The notes: generated by a model from the sequence alone, not told the origin. DNA of 64,000 bases from an uncultured Prolixibacteraceae bacterium (GCA_964429135.1 CAYSAU010000004.1:127028-191027); one strand, 5' to 3'; shown: positions 49,909 to 58,462, numbered from the stretch's first letter. Made by a program: numbers and translations.

Positions 49909-51018
49909 ATGAAAAGAAGCATTATATATCCATTCCTGTTGTTATTGGGATCACTTTTTCTCAATCTGGCGGCCCATGGGCAGGACATGAACTACTCCCA
50001 GTATTTCAGCACACCTATCTATTATAATCCGGCTTTTACCGGTCTGAATACCGGTTTAAGGGCAAGGTTTTTATTCAGGGATCAATGGCCAAGTTTACCC
50101 ATTGATTATAAGTCTTATTATTTTTCGGCAGACTTGGGTGATCGTAACCTGCCCGGATCAGGTGGGTTGGGAATAACCATCAATTCGGATACGCCTGGTA
50201 TTGGGTTGATCAATAACCTTTCTGCCGCCCTGAATATCGGCGTCCGCATTCCTATCACTGCTTTTCTGGTGGCCCAGGTTGGGATCAAAGCGGCTGTAAT
50301 GCAGAGAAAAATTAACTGGGAGAAACTGGTGTTTGCTGATAACCTGGATCCACGCTATGGCAATATTTATCAGACTTCTTTTGTTGCACCTGATGCCAAT
50401 AAACGGGTGGTTCCTGATTTCGGCGCTGGAGGTATCCTTCAGTTCATGAGTCCGAATTCTAATATTTCAGGGAATGTGGGATTTGCTGTGGATCATATTT
50501 TCAGACCGGATGTCGGATTTCTTTCCACCGGCGCTTCTCCTTATCCCCGCAAATGGGTTGGGCATGCCGATATCGTTATTTCAGCCGGTTCACCCGGCTC
50601 TACCTCAACTCAATATCGTGGTTCTGATGAACCGTTGAAGATAAATATCGGGGCTTTATATCAGAATCAGGCCGATCTGAATTCACTGCAGGTGGGTTTA
50701 AATCTGTTAAAATTTAATATCTATTTGGGAGGATGGTATAAAACCACCATGACTGGTCTTCCAAACAGTATTCTTGCATTGGTAGCCGGGTACCGATATA
50801 TGTTCCAGGATAACATGAGCATTAAATTCATGTATTCCTATGACCTTCAGATTTCCGGTGCGCTCCAGGGTACTGGGGGGGCTCATGAAATCAGTCTCGT
50901 TCTGGAGTTTGATAAATTATCTTTATTTGGCGGAGGTGGAAGTGGGGGTGGATACCTCCCCGGTGGTGGCGGACGTTCACGTAACGGCGGAGCCATGGAA
51001 TGTCCTTCCTTCTATTAA
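49909..51018 (+). CDS. PorP/SprF family type IX secretion system membrane protein
   Basis: It has a signal peptide, then QDMNYSQYFSTPIYYNPAFTG, which is the family hallmark. It has a beta-barrel-like alternating pattern and a Gly-rich tail ending ECPSFY. It lies immediately downstream of a type B CTD gene. Confidence 0.85.
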   Translation: MKRSIIYPFLLLLGSLFLNLAAHGQDMNYSQYFSTPIYYNPAFTGLNTGLRARFLFRDQWPSLPIDYKSYYFSADLGDRNLPGSGGLGITINSDTPGIGLINNLSAALNIGVRIPITAFLVAQVGIKAAVMQRKINWEKLVFADNLDPRYGNIYQTSFVAPDANKRVVPDFGAGGILQFMSPNSNISGNVGFAVDHIFRPDVGFLSTGASPYPRKWVGHADIVISAGSPGSTSTQYRGSDEPLKINIGALYQNQADLNSLQVGLNLLKFNIYLGGWYKTTMTGLPNSILALVAGYRYMFQDNMSIKFMYSYDLQISGALQGTGGAHEISLVLEFDKLSLFGGGGSGGGYLPGGGGRSRNGGAMECPSFY

Positions 51019-51031
51019 TATCACCTACAGA

Positions 51032-53014
51032 ATGGATTTTCCTTTCATTCTTGTATTGCTGATTCTAACTATTTTCATCCTCATCCTGCCTTCCAGGGTT
51101 CGTTTTTTCTATACTCTTTTTGTGACAGGACTGATCATTGTGATCACCTCCATACCCGCTGTTGATACCCTGTTTCATGGGTCAAGGTCTTCTTTGGTTT
51201 TTTATGACCAGGAATTGCTGGGTACGGTGACTTTTACACTCGATGGTCTTAGCGCATTTTTTATCCTGCTGACCAACTTCTCCGTCTTCATGGGCCTGCT
51301 TTATTCAAATGGGTATCTGAAGTCATATCAGAAAAATAAAACCAGGGCCAGCTTGTCTTTGCATTATTTTAGCTATTGCTGGTTGCACCTTTCCATGCTG
51401 GCTGTGCTGATGCTTCGCGACGGACTTGCTTTTTTGATTGCCTGGGAATTGATGGCTGTATCCTCCTTTATGCTGATTCTTTTTGACGCTGAAATCAGAA
51501 CAAACCTGAAAATAGCTGTAAATTATCTGATACAGATGCATATTGGATTGGTATTGTTAGTCATAGCCTTTCTTATGGAAGGAATAGATACTGGCCATTT
51601 TGGTTTTGACGGGCTGACGACTTATTTTTCCAGGCATCCCAATGCACCCTTATGTTTTCTTTTCTTTGCCGGATTCGCGATTAAGGCTGGCTTTATTCCC
51701 TTCCATACCTGGCTTCCGGAAGCACATCCAGCAGCTCCTTCTCATGTTTCAGGGGTCATGTCAGGAGTGATGATTAAAATGGGAATATATGGTATCGTCC
51801 GGGTGCTTACTTATGTTCAGTCTGATTTTATAACCATTGGAATGACTTTGCTGATCATTTCTGCTCTGACTGGCTTATATGGGGTGATGATGGCAATTGT
51901 TCAGCATGACCTGAAAAAGCTACTGGCCTATCACAGTATTGAAAACATTGGCATCATAGGGATTGGTTTGGGATTGGGATTACTGGGATTGGGATTACAT
52001 CGACCACCCCTCGTAATACTAGGATTTGCAGGCAGTTTGTTACATGTGCTTAACCATTCTTTGTTTAAGCCCTTATTGTTTTTCAGCGCAGGTTCCGTTT
52101 ACAAGGCTTATCATACAAGAAATATAGAACAGCTTGGTGGTGTGATTCATAAAATGCCCAAAACCTCGGGTTTATTTATGATAGGCGCATTATCCATTTG
52201 CGGACTTCCGCCTCTGAATGGATTCATCTCAGAGTTCCTTATCTATTATGGTTTGATTATTGGAATGTCAGCAACAGTGGTTTATTATTCCATCTCCTTT
52301 CTCCTGACCATCATTGCTTTAACGCTCATCGGTGGACTGGCTATTTTCTGTTTTACCAAAGCCTCGGGTATAGTTTTCCTCGGATCTGGCAGAACGCGTA
52401 TTGATCATGAAATAAAGGAAGTTGAAACTGGGATGTTAATCCCCCAGTATCTGATCTCCTTCATGATCATTCTCATCGGATTTATTCCCATACTATTTAT
52501 TAATCCTCTTTTGGGCATAGTTTCTTCTGTTTTTCAAGTTCCTACGGGAGAACTTGCGACAACGCTATTACCGGTTCTTGATAAGATTGTTTTGCTGAGC
52601 GTTGTCCTGATTCTTTTCGTTATTGTTTTATTGTGGGTAAGGAAGCGGAAGCTGAATTCAGCCAATGTATTCACTGCGGATACTTGGGGATGCGGATATA
52701 CTGCCGCGACAACACGTCAGCAATATTCGGCTACTTCCTATGCTGCCAATTATGCCGAATTGGCTCATCCGGTTTTACAGGAAAAAACGGACTACGCTGA
52801 AATTCATGAAGAGGATATTTTTCCTGGTAAACGTTCATTTGCCTTTCATCCATTGGATATATTCAAATCGATTCTGAATAAGATCACAGACTATTCCATG
52901 TTGGTGTTAAAAAAAATCGCCCGCCTGCAAACTGGTAACATTCAGCATTATATTCTCTATGCCTTCATTTTTATTCTGGTTATTTTTGTTTTGCTTTACC
53001 TGGAACTGATATAA
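51032..53014 (+). CDS. antiporter-like membrane subunit (HyfB / NuoL-like; EhrA-like)
   Basis: The start is placed at the ATG at 51032 (MDFPFILV); the ORF-track start at 50840 lies inside porP/sprF. It has IAWELMAVSSF (TM5 Glu), AIKAGFIPFHTWLPEAHPAAPSHVS (TM7 Lys), SIENIG and HSLFKPLLFFSAGS (TM12 Lys). Confidence 0.85.
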   Translation: MDFPFILVLLILTIFILILPSRVRFFYTLFVTGLIIVITSIPAVDTLFHGSRSSLVFYDQELLGTVTFTLDGLSAFFILLTNFSVFMGLLYSNGYLKSYQKNKTRASLSLHYFSYCWLHLSMLAVLMLRDGLAFLIAWELMAVSSFMLILFDAEIRTNLKIAVNYLIQMHIGLVLLVIAFLMEGIDTGHFGFDGLTTYFSRHPNAPLCFLFFAGFAIKAGFIPFHTWLPEAHPAAPSHVSGVMSGVMIKMGIYGIVRVLTYVQSDFITIGMTLLIISALTGLYGVMMAIVQHDLKKLLAYHSIENIGIIGIGLGLGLLGLGLHRPPLVILGFAGSLLHVLNHSLFKPLLFFSAGSVYKAYHTRNIEQLGGVIHKMPKTSGLFMIGALSICGLPPLNGFISEFLIYYGLIIGMSATVVYYSISFLLTIIALTLIGGLAIFCFTKASGIVFLGSGRTRIDHEIKEVETGMLIPQYLISFMIILIGFIPILFINPLLGIVSSVFQVPTGELATTLLPVLDKIVLLSVVLILFVIVLLWVRKRKLNSANVFTADTWGCGYTAATTRQQYSATSYAANYAELAHPVLQEKTDYAEIHEEDIFPGKRSFAFHPLDIFKSILNKITDYSMLVLKKIARLQTGNIQHYILYAFIFILVIFVLLYLELI

Positions 53015-53925
53015 TGGGATGTCTGCTTGCTATCGTCACTGCCCTGTTTTTTCCCGGGATCATCCTCCGGATGAAAAGTTTGTCAAGCGGTCGGAAAGGG
53101 CCAAAGATAATGCAGCCCTGGAGAGACATAATGGTATTGTTACAAAAAGGAAGCGTTTTTAGCAGGGTGTCGAGTTATGTCTTTCGCATCGCTCCGGTAA
53201 TTTATTTATCCACCATTTTTTGTGCACTGCTGTTGTTGCCCTTTCCCGGGCTTCCATCAGTCTTTGGTTTTGATGGTGATTTTGTGCTTTTTGCCTATAT
53301 GCTTGCCCTGGGAAAGTTTTTATTTATCCTATCAGCGCTTGATACCGGAAGCAGTTTTGAAGGAATGGGGGCAAACCGTGAAGCCTTGTACAGTATGCTA
53401 ACCGAACCTGCTTTTTTCATTCTATTTGGGACCTTGTCATTGCTTACTGGTTATACATCCATGCAGCAGATCTTCGAATCCTTCCAGTTTGTAGGGCATA
53501 ACTCATTTATAATCGGGTTTATTGCGGTTTACCTCCTGATTCAGATCGCCATGATTGAGAATAGCCGTATGCCGGTGGATGATCCAAAGACACACTTGGA
53601 GCTGACCATGGTTCACGAAGTGATGATTCTTGACCATAGCGGATTCGACCTGGCCTTGATCCATATCGGAACAGCATTGAAATTTGCCATGTACGGGTCG
53701 CTGGTGGCAAACTTCCTGATCCCTGTCGAATGGGCGCTGTCAGCAAGAATAGCCCTATTTTTTGCCATACAATTGACATTTGCCGCTATGATAGGGGTGA
53801 TGGAGTCATTCCGCGCACGGAAAAAGCTGGCCAATAATCCGCAATTCATAGTCACCCTGAGCGTCATTGCACTGGTCGCTTTTATTCTGGTTTTATTGAT
53901 CACTTTCAATATGATCGCATCATGA
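53014..53925 (+). CDS. NuoH-like membrane subunit (HyfC / HycD-like; EhrB-like)
   Basis: It is a 303 aa polytopic protein with DTGSSFEGMGANREALYSMLTEPAFF and MPVDDPKTHLELTMVHEVM, typical of HycD/HyfC. An ATGA-type overlap joins it to the previous gene. Confidence 0.8.
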   Translation: MGCLLAIVTALFFPGIILRMKSLSSGRKGPKIMQPWRDIMVLLQKGSVFSRVSSYVFRIAPVIYLSTIFCALLLLPFPGLPSVFGFDGDFVLFAYMLALGKFLFILSALDTGSSFEGMGANREALYSMLTEPAFFILFGTLSLLTGYTSMQQIFESFQFVGHNSFIIGFIAVYLLIQIAMIENSRMPVDDPKTHLELTMVHEVMILDHSGFDLALIHIGTALKFAMYGSLVANFLIPVEWALSARIALFFAIQLTFAAMIGVMESFRARKKLANNPQFIVTLSVIALVAFILVLLITFNMIAS

Positions 53926-54539
53926 CCGTAATGCTCGTTATCGTTTTTGCAATTACCCTGATTTACCTGAGTATGACAAAACGTTTTCTCATCTTTACCG
54001 GACTCATCGGGTTTCAGGGAGTTTTGCTGTTTGTCCTTTCACTGCTTGAACTTCATTCCATTACCCTGGGAACCCTGCTGTTTGTGGCCATTGAAACTTT
54101 GGTTTTCAAAGTGATCGTAGTTCCCTACCTGCTCTTCCGGATCATTGATAAGACGGGTGAAGCCCGCGTACACGATAAAGCGCTTCCTGGTTTTTACAGT
54201 CTTTTATTTATAAGCCTTGGCCTGATACTTAGTATTGTGGTTTCTTTTTCCATGAATTCCAGACCATCCACGATGTTATATTTTATTGTCGCCTTCTTTG
54301 CAGTATATACAGGGCTGTTTATCATTATCTCCCATAGAAAAATATTCTCTCATCTCGTTGGTTTTTTGGTCATTGAGAATGCTGTGTTGCTGCTTTCCCT
54401 TGCCATAGGAAGTGAAATGCCTATGCTGATCAACATTGGCATTCTCCTCGATATTTTTGTCAGTGTATTAATCCTGGGAATTTTCGTGATGAAACTTAAG
54501 CAAACAACGCATGAATTAACAATGTTGAAAGATGATTAA
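53922..54539 (+). CDS. NuoK-like membrane subunit (HyfE-like; EhrC-like)
   Basis: It is 205 aa with about 6 TM segments and membrane-embedded Glu residues in FVAIETLVF and LVIENAVLLLSLA. It overlaps the previous gene by 4 nt. Confidence 0.75.
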   Translation: MTVMLVIVFAITLIYLSMTKRFLIFTGLIGFQGVLLFVLSLLELHSITLGTLLFVAIETLVFKVIVVPYLLFRIIDKTGEARVHDKALPGFYSLLFISLGLILSIVVSFSMNSRPSTMLYFIVAFFAVYTGLFIIISHRKIFSHLVGFLVIENAVLLLSLAIGSEMPMLINIGILLDIFVSVLILGIFVMKLKQTTHELTMLKDD

Positions 54540-54594
54540 TGCAATGTTTGAAGAATGTTATAATAAAAAGACAACTCTTAATCGTAACCGGTAA

Positions 54595-56034
54595 ATGTCA
54601 TCAGTCGGATATATTTTGATGGTTTTTTTCGCGGTTTTTCTCCTGCTGACGATTATCGTGGGATTATTGCACAGTAAAGTGATTGCCAGAGGGTTGACGA
54701 TCCTTTTTGTGATCATTCATCTGCTTTTCACTGTTTATTGCTGGATGCATCTGGGTGAAACGGTTCTCGAGTATTTTACTTTCGATCCGCTGGGTGTATT
54801 GTTATTGTCTGTCCTTTCATTACTCACGATAACCACAGTTTATCATGGTTTTATTTATGTAAAGGAAGATTCTCCGCGTATCTATGCCATCTATCATGCT
54901 GCATTAATGGCGTTAATTATCGCCATGTCGGGGGCTTATCTTGCCAATGGCATGACTACGGTTTGGATCTTTGTTGAGGCCACGACCCTCGCAGTGGCTG
55001 CGCTGATCTATCATGACCGGTCATCCATCGCCCTTGAGGCAACCTGGAAATATGTTTTTGTCTGTTCAGTCGGAATTGCCCTAGCTTATCTCGGGATACT
55101 TTTCCTCGGATTTACGGTGCATGATGGTCGGTTGCTTCATCTTTCTTTCAGCAACATCATTGAAATTGCCCGCATGGCCAACCCGCTTTACCTGAAAATT
55201 GCTTTTGTGTTTGTCCTGGTGGGATACAGCACCAAAATGGGATTATTTCCCATGCATACGGTTACTGTGGATGCTCATACTGTGGCGCCTCCGCCGATCA
55301 GCGCTTTTATTTCTACTACCCTTATGAACGTCGGATTCCTAGCTATTTTTCGCATCTATGCGCTTTTCTCGGCTACTACCATTCTTCCATTCATGAACCA
55401 TGTTTTGATTTTGTCAGGCGTGTTATCCTTGCTTGTTTCAGCAGGATATATGCTCAAAGCAAAACACAATAAAAGGATGCTCGCTTATTCAAGCCTTGAA
55501 AATATGGGCATAGTCGCCATTGCACTGGGAATTGGAGGCATCGGTTATTATGCCGCCATCCTTCATATCGTCCTTCATTCTTTTACAAAAGCAGGATTGT
55601 TCTACCAGATCGGTCAATCTTACAAGGTTATGGGTACCTATAAACTCGATGAATCAGGGAATTATATGACGCTATATCCTGCCGGAGCCGTTGCCCTTCT
55701 GCTTGGTTTTCTATGCATCACTGCTATTCCCCCTTCCGGAATGTTCATTTCGGAATTATATTTGATGAAAGCCATGATTATTTCCGGAAACTGGGTATTG
55801 CTGGCACTGACGGCTATTTTGCTTTGCTTTGTCTTATATGCCTTACTCACCCGTGTTCTTCATATTGTTTATTCCCAGCCAAGGGAAAAGCCATTGCATG
55901 AACCCAGAAAAGTGAATCCCTGGCAATCGGTCAGTCAATATATCCTCTTTGGCCTGGTCATTTTAATCTGTTTTATGCAACCTGAGCCATTGCGCCATCT
56001 GATTGAATCCATCATCAATGCCTTACCAAAATAA
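54595..56034 (+). CDS. antiporter-like membrane subunit (HyfF / NuoN/M-like; EhrD-like)
   Basis: It has FVEATTLAVAAL (Glu), STKMGLFPMHTVTVDAHTVAPPPISAF (Lys), SSLENMG and HSFTKAGLFYQIG (Lys). Confidence 0.82.
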   Translation: MSSVGYILMVFFAVFLLLTIIVGLLHSKVIARGLTILFVIIHLLFTVYCWMHLGETVLEYFTFDPLGVLLLSVLSLLTITTVYHGFIYVKEDSPRIYAIYHAALMALIIAMSGAYLANGMTTVWIFVEATTLAVAALIYHDRSSIALEATWKYVFVCSVGIALAYLGILFLGFTVHDGRLLHLSFSNIIEIARMANPLYLKIAFVFVLVGYSTKMGLFPMHTVTVDAHTVAPPPISAFISTTLMNVGFLAIFRIYALFSATTILPFMNHVLILSGVLSLLVSAGYMLKAKHNKRMLAYSSLENMGIVAIALGIGGIGYYAAILHIVLHSFTKAGLFYQIGQSYKVMGTYKLDESGNYMTLYPAGAVALLLGFLCITAIPPSGMFISELYLMKAMIISGNWVLLALTAILLCFVLYALLTRVLHIVYSQPREKPLHEPRKVNPWQSVSQYILFGLVILICFMQPEPLRHLIESIINALPK

Positions 56035-57587
56035 TGAAGGAAACCCGATATATCGAGCTGTTTTCTAATCCCGGGAGTGTTCTCCTCGAGGAGATACCCA
56101 TCATGGGATATGATGATTTTTTGTCCTTTACCAATTTGTTGATGGGTGAAGAAGGAACCCATTGCGCAGCCTACTTCGTCTTGCCTCAGAGAGACAAATT
56201 CCGGTTTATTTGCTGTATGGCTGCCGATGAAAATCACGCCCTTGTGATCTATTCTCATGAACAGGAAATCAGCCCCCTCCCATCACTACCCTCCATATCA
56301 GAGAAGCATTTTCAATTTCATGTCTTTGAAAGGGAAATCCATGAACAGTATGGCATCGGGTTTACCGGTCATCCCTGGCTGAAACCCATCCGATATCCTT
56401 ATAACAGGGCAGATCAGTCGGCCATCATGGATTGTTATCCCTTCTATTCCATTGAAGGGGAGGAGCTTCATGAAGTGGGTGTTGGCCCGGTTCATGCCGG
56501 GATCATTGAACCAGGGCATTTTCGCTTTATTGGTAATGGTGAAAAGGTTCTTCATCTGGAGATACACCTCGGATATCAGCACAGGGGTTTGGAACGACTG
56601 ATGGTTGAAAAGCAGGATATTCTTGCCCGGACTTTACTTGCTGAAAGCATCGCCGGTGATACCGTAGTGGGTCACACAATGGCTTATTCAGGCTTGATGG
56701 AATCACTTTCGGGTAAAACTATTTCTTCCCGCCTGTCAGTAGAAAGGATCATTGCCCTGGAACTCGAACGTATAGGGATTCATATTGGCGATACGGCTGC
56801 AATATGTACGGATATTGCTTATCAGTTCGGACAGGTCGTAAATGAGGCACTCCGGACCATCATTATCAATACTACCCAGTTATGGTGCGGGAATCGTTTT
56901 GGCAAAGGACTTATTCGTCCGGGAAGAACGCATTATCCCCTGCAGGAACCCCTTGCTAAAACCATTATGAAAAATCTGGATGAGGTGGAAGAACGTTATC
57001 TTCATATGGCCGACAGAATTTTCTCCCTGCCAAGCGTATTGGGACGTTTTGAAAGTATCGGGAAACTTTCCACCATGCAGGCCACCCTGATCGGAGCCGT
57101 GGGTATGACGGCAAGAACCAGCGGTATGCACCGCGATGTTCGCTGGTCTCATCCTTTCGGCGCTTATGTTAATCATCCTTATAACCCCGTGATTCTGAAA
57201 AAAGGAGATGTCTGGTCAAGGGCCATGCTTCGTAAAATGGAAGTGGTAAAATCTATTGAAATTATCAGGCAACTGTTGAAGGAGTTAAAGACAAATGATG
57301 TACACCTTGCGAATCCCGGAATCGCTGATTCAAAATATGGTAGCGAAAACCCAAAGTATTTCCTTGCCCCTTCTTCATTTGCTGTTTCCCTTGTTGAAGG
57401 CTGGCGTGGAGAAATTTGTCATATCGCGGTGACCGATGACGATGGCAAGATCATTTCTTATAAGATAAAAGATCCCTCGTTTCATAACTGGCAGGCATTA
57501 GCATTGGCAGTCAGAAACCAGGAAATCTCGGATTTCCCATTATGTAATAAGAGCTTTAATCTTTCATATTGTGGACATGACCTTTGA
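56034..57587 (+). CDS. HycE/HyfG-like large subunit (NuoC-NuoD fusion) lacking NiFe-binding cysteines (EhrL-like)
   Basis: It has a NuoC-like N-terminus (FEREIHEQYGIGFTGHP) and the NuoD/HycE-like motifs VGPVHAGIIEPGHFRF and GYQHRGLERL. The L1 position reads SIAGDTVVGH instead of R-x-C-G-x-C-x-x-x-H. The C-terminus reads NLSYCGHDL-stop instead of DPCxxCxxR plus extension. There is no CxxC anywhere in the 517 aa. Confidence 0.82.
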   Translation: MKETRYIELFSNPGSVLLEEIPIMGYDDFLSFTNLLMGEEGTHCAAYFVLPQRDKFRFICCMAADENHALVIYSHEQEISPLPSLPSISEKHFQFHVFEREIHEQYGIGFTGHPWLKPIRYPYNRADQSAIMDCYPFYSIEGEELHEVGVGPVHAGIIEPGHFRFIGNGEKVLHLEIHLGYQHRGLERLMVEKQDILARTLLAESIAGDTVVGHTMAYSGLMESLSGKTISSRLSVERIIALELERIGIHIGDTAAICTDIAYQFGQVVNEALRTIIINTTQLWCGNRFGKGLIRPGRTHYPLQEPLAKTIMKNLDEVEERYLHMADRIFSLPSVLGRFESIGKLSTMQATLIGAVGMTARTSGMHRDVRWSHPFGAYVNHPYNPVILKKGDVWSRAMLRKMEVVKSIEIIRQLLKELKTNDVHLANPGIADSKYGSENPKYFLAPSSFAVSLVEGWRGEICHIAVTDDDGKIISYKIKDPSFHNWQALALAVRNQEISDFPLCNKSFNLSYCGHDL

Positions 57588-57712
57588 AACGGAATTCAAT
57601 AATGTATCGTTACGTCAAAATATCCATGCAAGAATAATGGATCATGATGGTTCCAATCCCTGCATCTGCCTGATAATTTTTTTGCTTAGCAACGATCAAA
57701 GCACTATCCAAA

Positions 57713-58462
57713 ATGCGTGAATTTAAAATTTTCAGGAGTCATGGGAAGCAGTTTATTCCCGATTTGCGGAATGCCGAATTGCCCGGAATCTTTCGCGGAA
57801 GACCGGTAATCAGCGAGGATATAGTTCCAGATGAAGCCAGCAAACTCTCAAAAATTTGTCCTGTTGGCGCGATCCAGGCCGCCCCCTTTTCCCTTGATCT
57901 CGGCCGATGTGTTTTTTGCGGGGAGTGTGAGTTTTTCTTGCCGGGCAAGGTTTGTTTTACCAATGATTATCGCCTGGCTGCCAACAGGAGGGAAGACCTG
58001 ATCATTAAAGCTGGAGAAAATCAATCGCTTCGATTGTTTGAACCAGCGGTAAACCCTGAAATACGGAAAGTTTTCAAACATTCTCTAAAATTGCGACAGG
58101 TTTCTGCCGGTGGGGATAATTCCTGTGAAATGGAGTTGAATGCTGCCGGCAATGTCAATTTCGATATGGGAAGATACGGAATACAGTTTGTTGCATCACC
58201 CCGTCATGCGGATGGGATGGTCTTAACAGGACCCCTTACGCGAAACATGTCAGAAGCGATCAAACTCACCTGGGAAGCAATCCCTTCGCCGAAAATCTTA
58301 ATTCTGGTTGGATCTGATGCCATCAGCGGAGGGTTGTTTTTAGAAAGTCAGGCAATTAACCGCCAATTTTTGGAAGATCATCCCGCAGATTTATATCTGC
58401 CCGGAAATCCGACCCACCCCCTGACCTTCATCAATGGGATCATGGATCTGCTTGGGATTTAA
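57713..58462 (+). CDS. fusion of a degenerate ferredoxin (HycF/HyfH-like) and a NuoB/HycG-like small subunit lacking most FeS ligands (EhrS-like)
   Basis: The N-terminal half has FRGRP...SKICPVGAI...CVFCGECEFFLP, which leaves one complete 4Fe-4S ligand set. The C-terminal half has FVASPRHADGMVLTGPLTR, the NuoB/HycG hallmark. The cluster-ligand positions read GGDNSCEME, GSDAISGG and PGNPTHP. Confidence 0.8.
   Translation: MREFKIFRSHGKQFIPDLRNAELPGIFRGRPVISEDIVPDEASKLSKICPVGAIQAAPFSLDLGRCVFCGECEFFLPGKVCFTNDYRLAANRREDLIIKAGENQSLRLFEPAVNPEIRKVFKHSLKLRQVSAGGDNSCEMELNAAGNVNFDMGRYGIQFVASPRHADGMVLTGPLTRNMSEAIKLTWEAIPSPKILILVGSDAISGGLFLESQAINRQFLEDHPADLYLPGNPTHPLTFINGIMDLLGI

Noticed and set aside
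50925-50995. A GGT/GGA-rich low-complexity tract sits near the porP/sprF 3' end.
   Set aside because: It encodes the Gly-rich tail (GGGGSGGGYLPGGGGRSRNGG) before the terminal CPSFY, which is common in this family. It is not a separate repeat element.
50840-51031. The ORF-track start of the HyfB-like gene lies 192 nt upstream, inside porP/sprF.
   Set aside because: The extension is read in another frame of the Gly-rich porP/sprF 3' end and has no membrane-protein character. The ATG at 51032 gives a normal TM1 (MDFPFILVLLIL) right after the porP/sprF stop.
57637-57720. A 27 aa mini-ORF (MDHDGSNPCICLIIFLLSNDQSTIQNA) lies in the 125-nt gap before the small-subunit gene and overlaps its ATG.
   Set aside because: I considered it as a frameshifted remnant of the missing ferredoxin CxxCxxC. 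However, the main ORF already aligns in-frame across that region (FRGRP...ICP), so no frameshift is needed. It is too short to support as a gene.
58459-58462. The convergent small-subunit gene and the 205 aa secreted-protein gene share their stop codons in a palindromic TTAA.
   Set aside because: The overlap is real but is probably just compact genome packing. No terminator or regulatory structure is visible, so it is not evidence of functional linkage to the Ehr-like operon.
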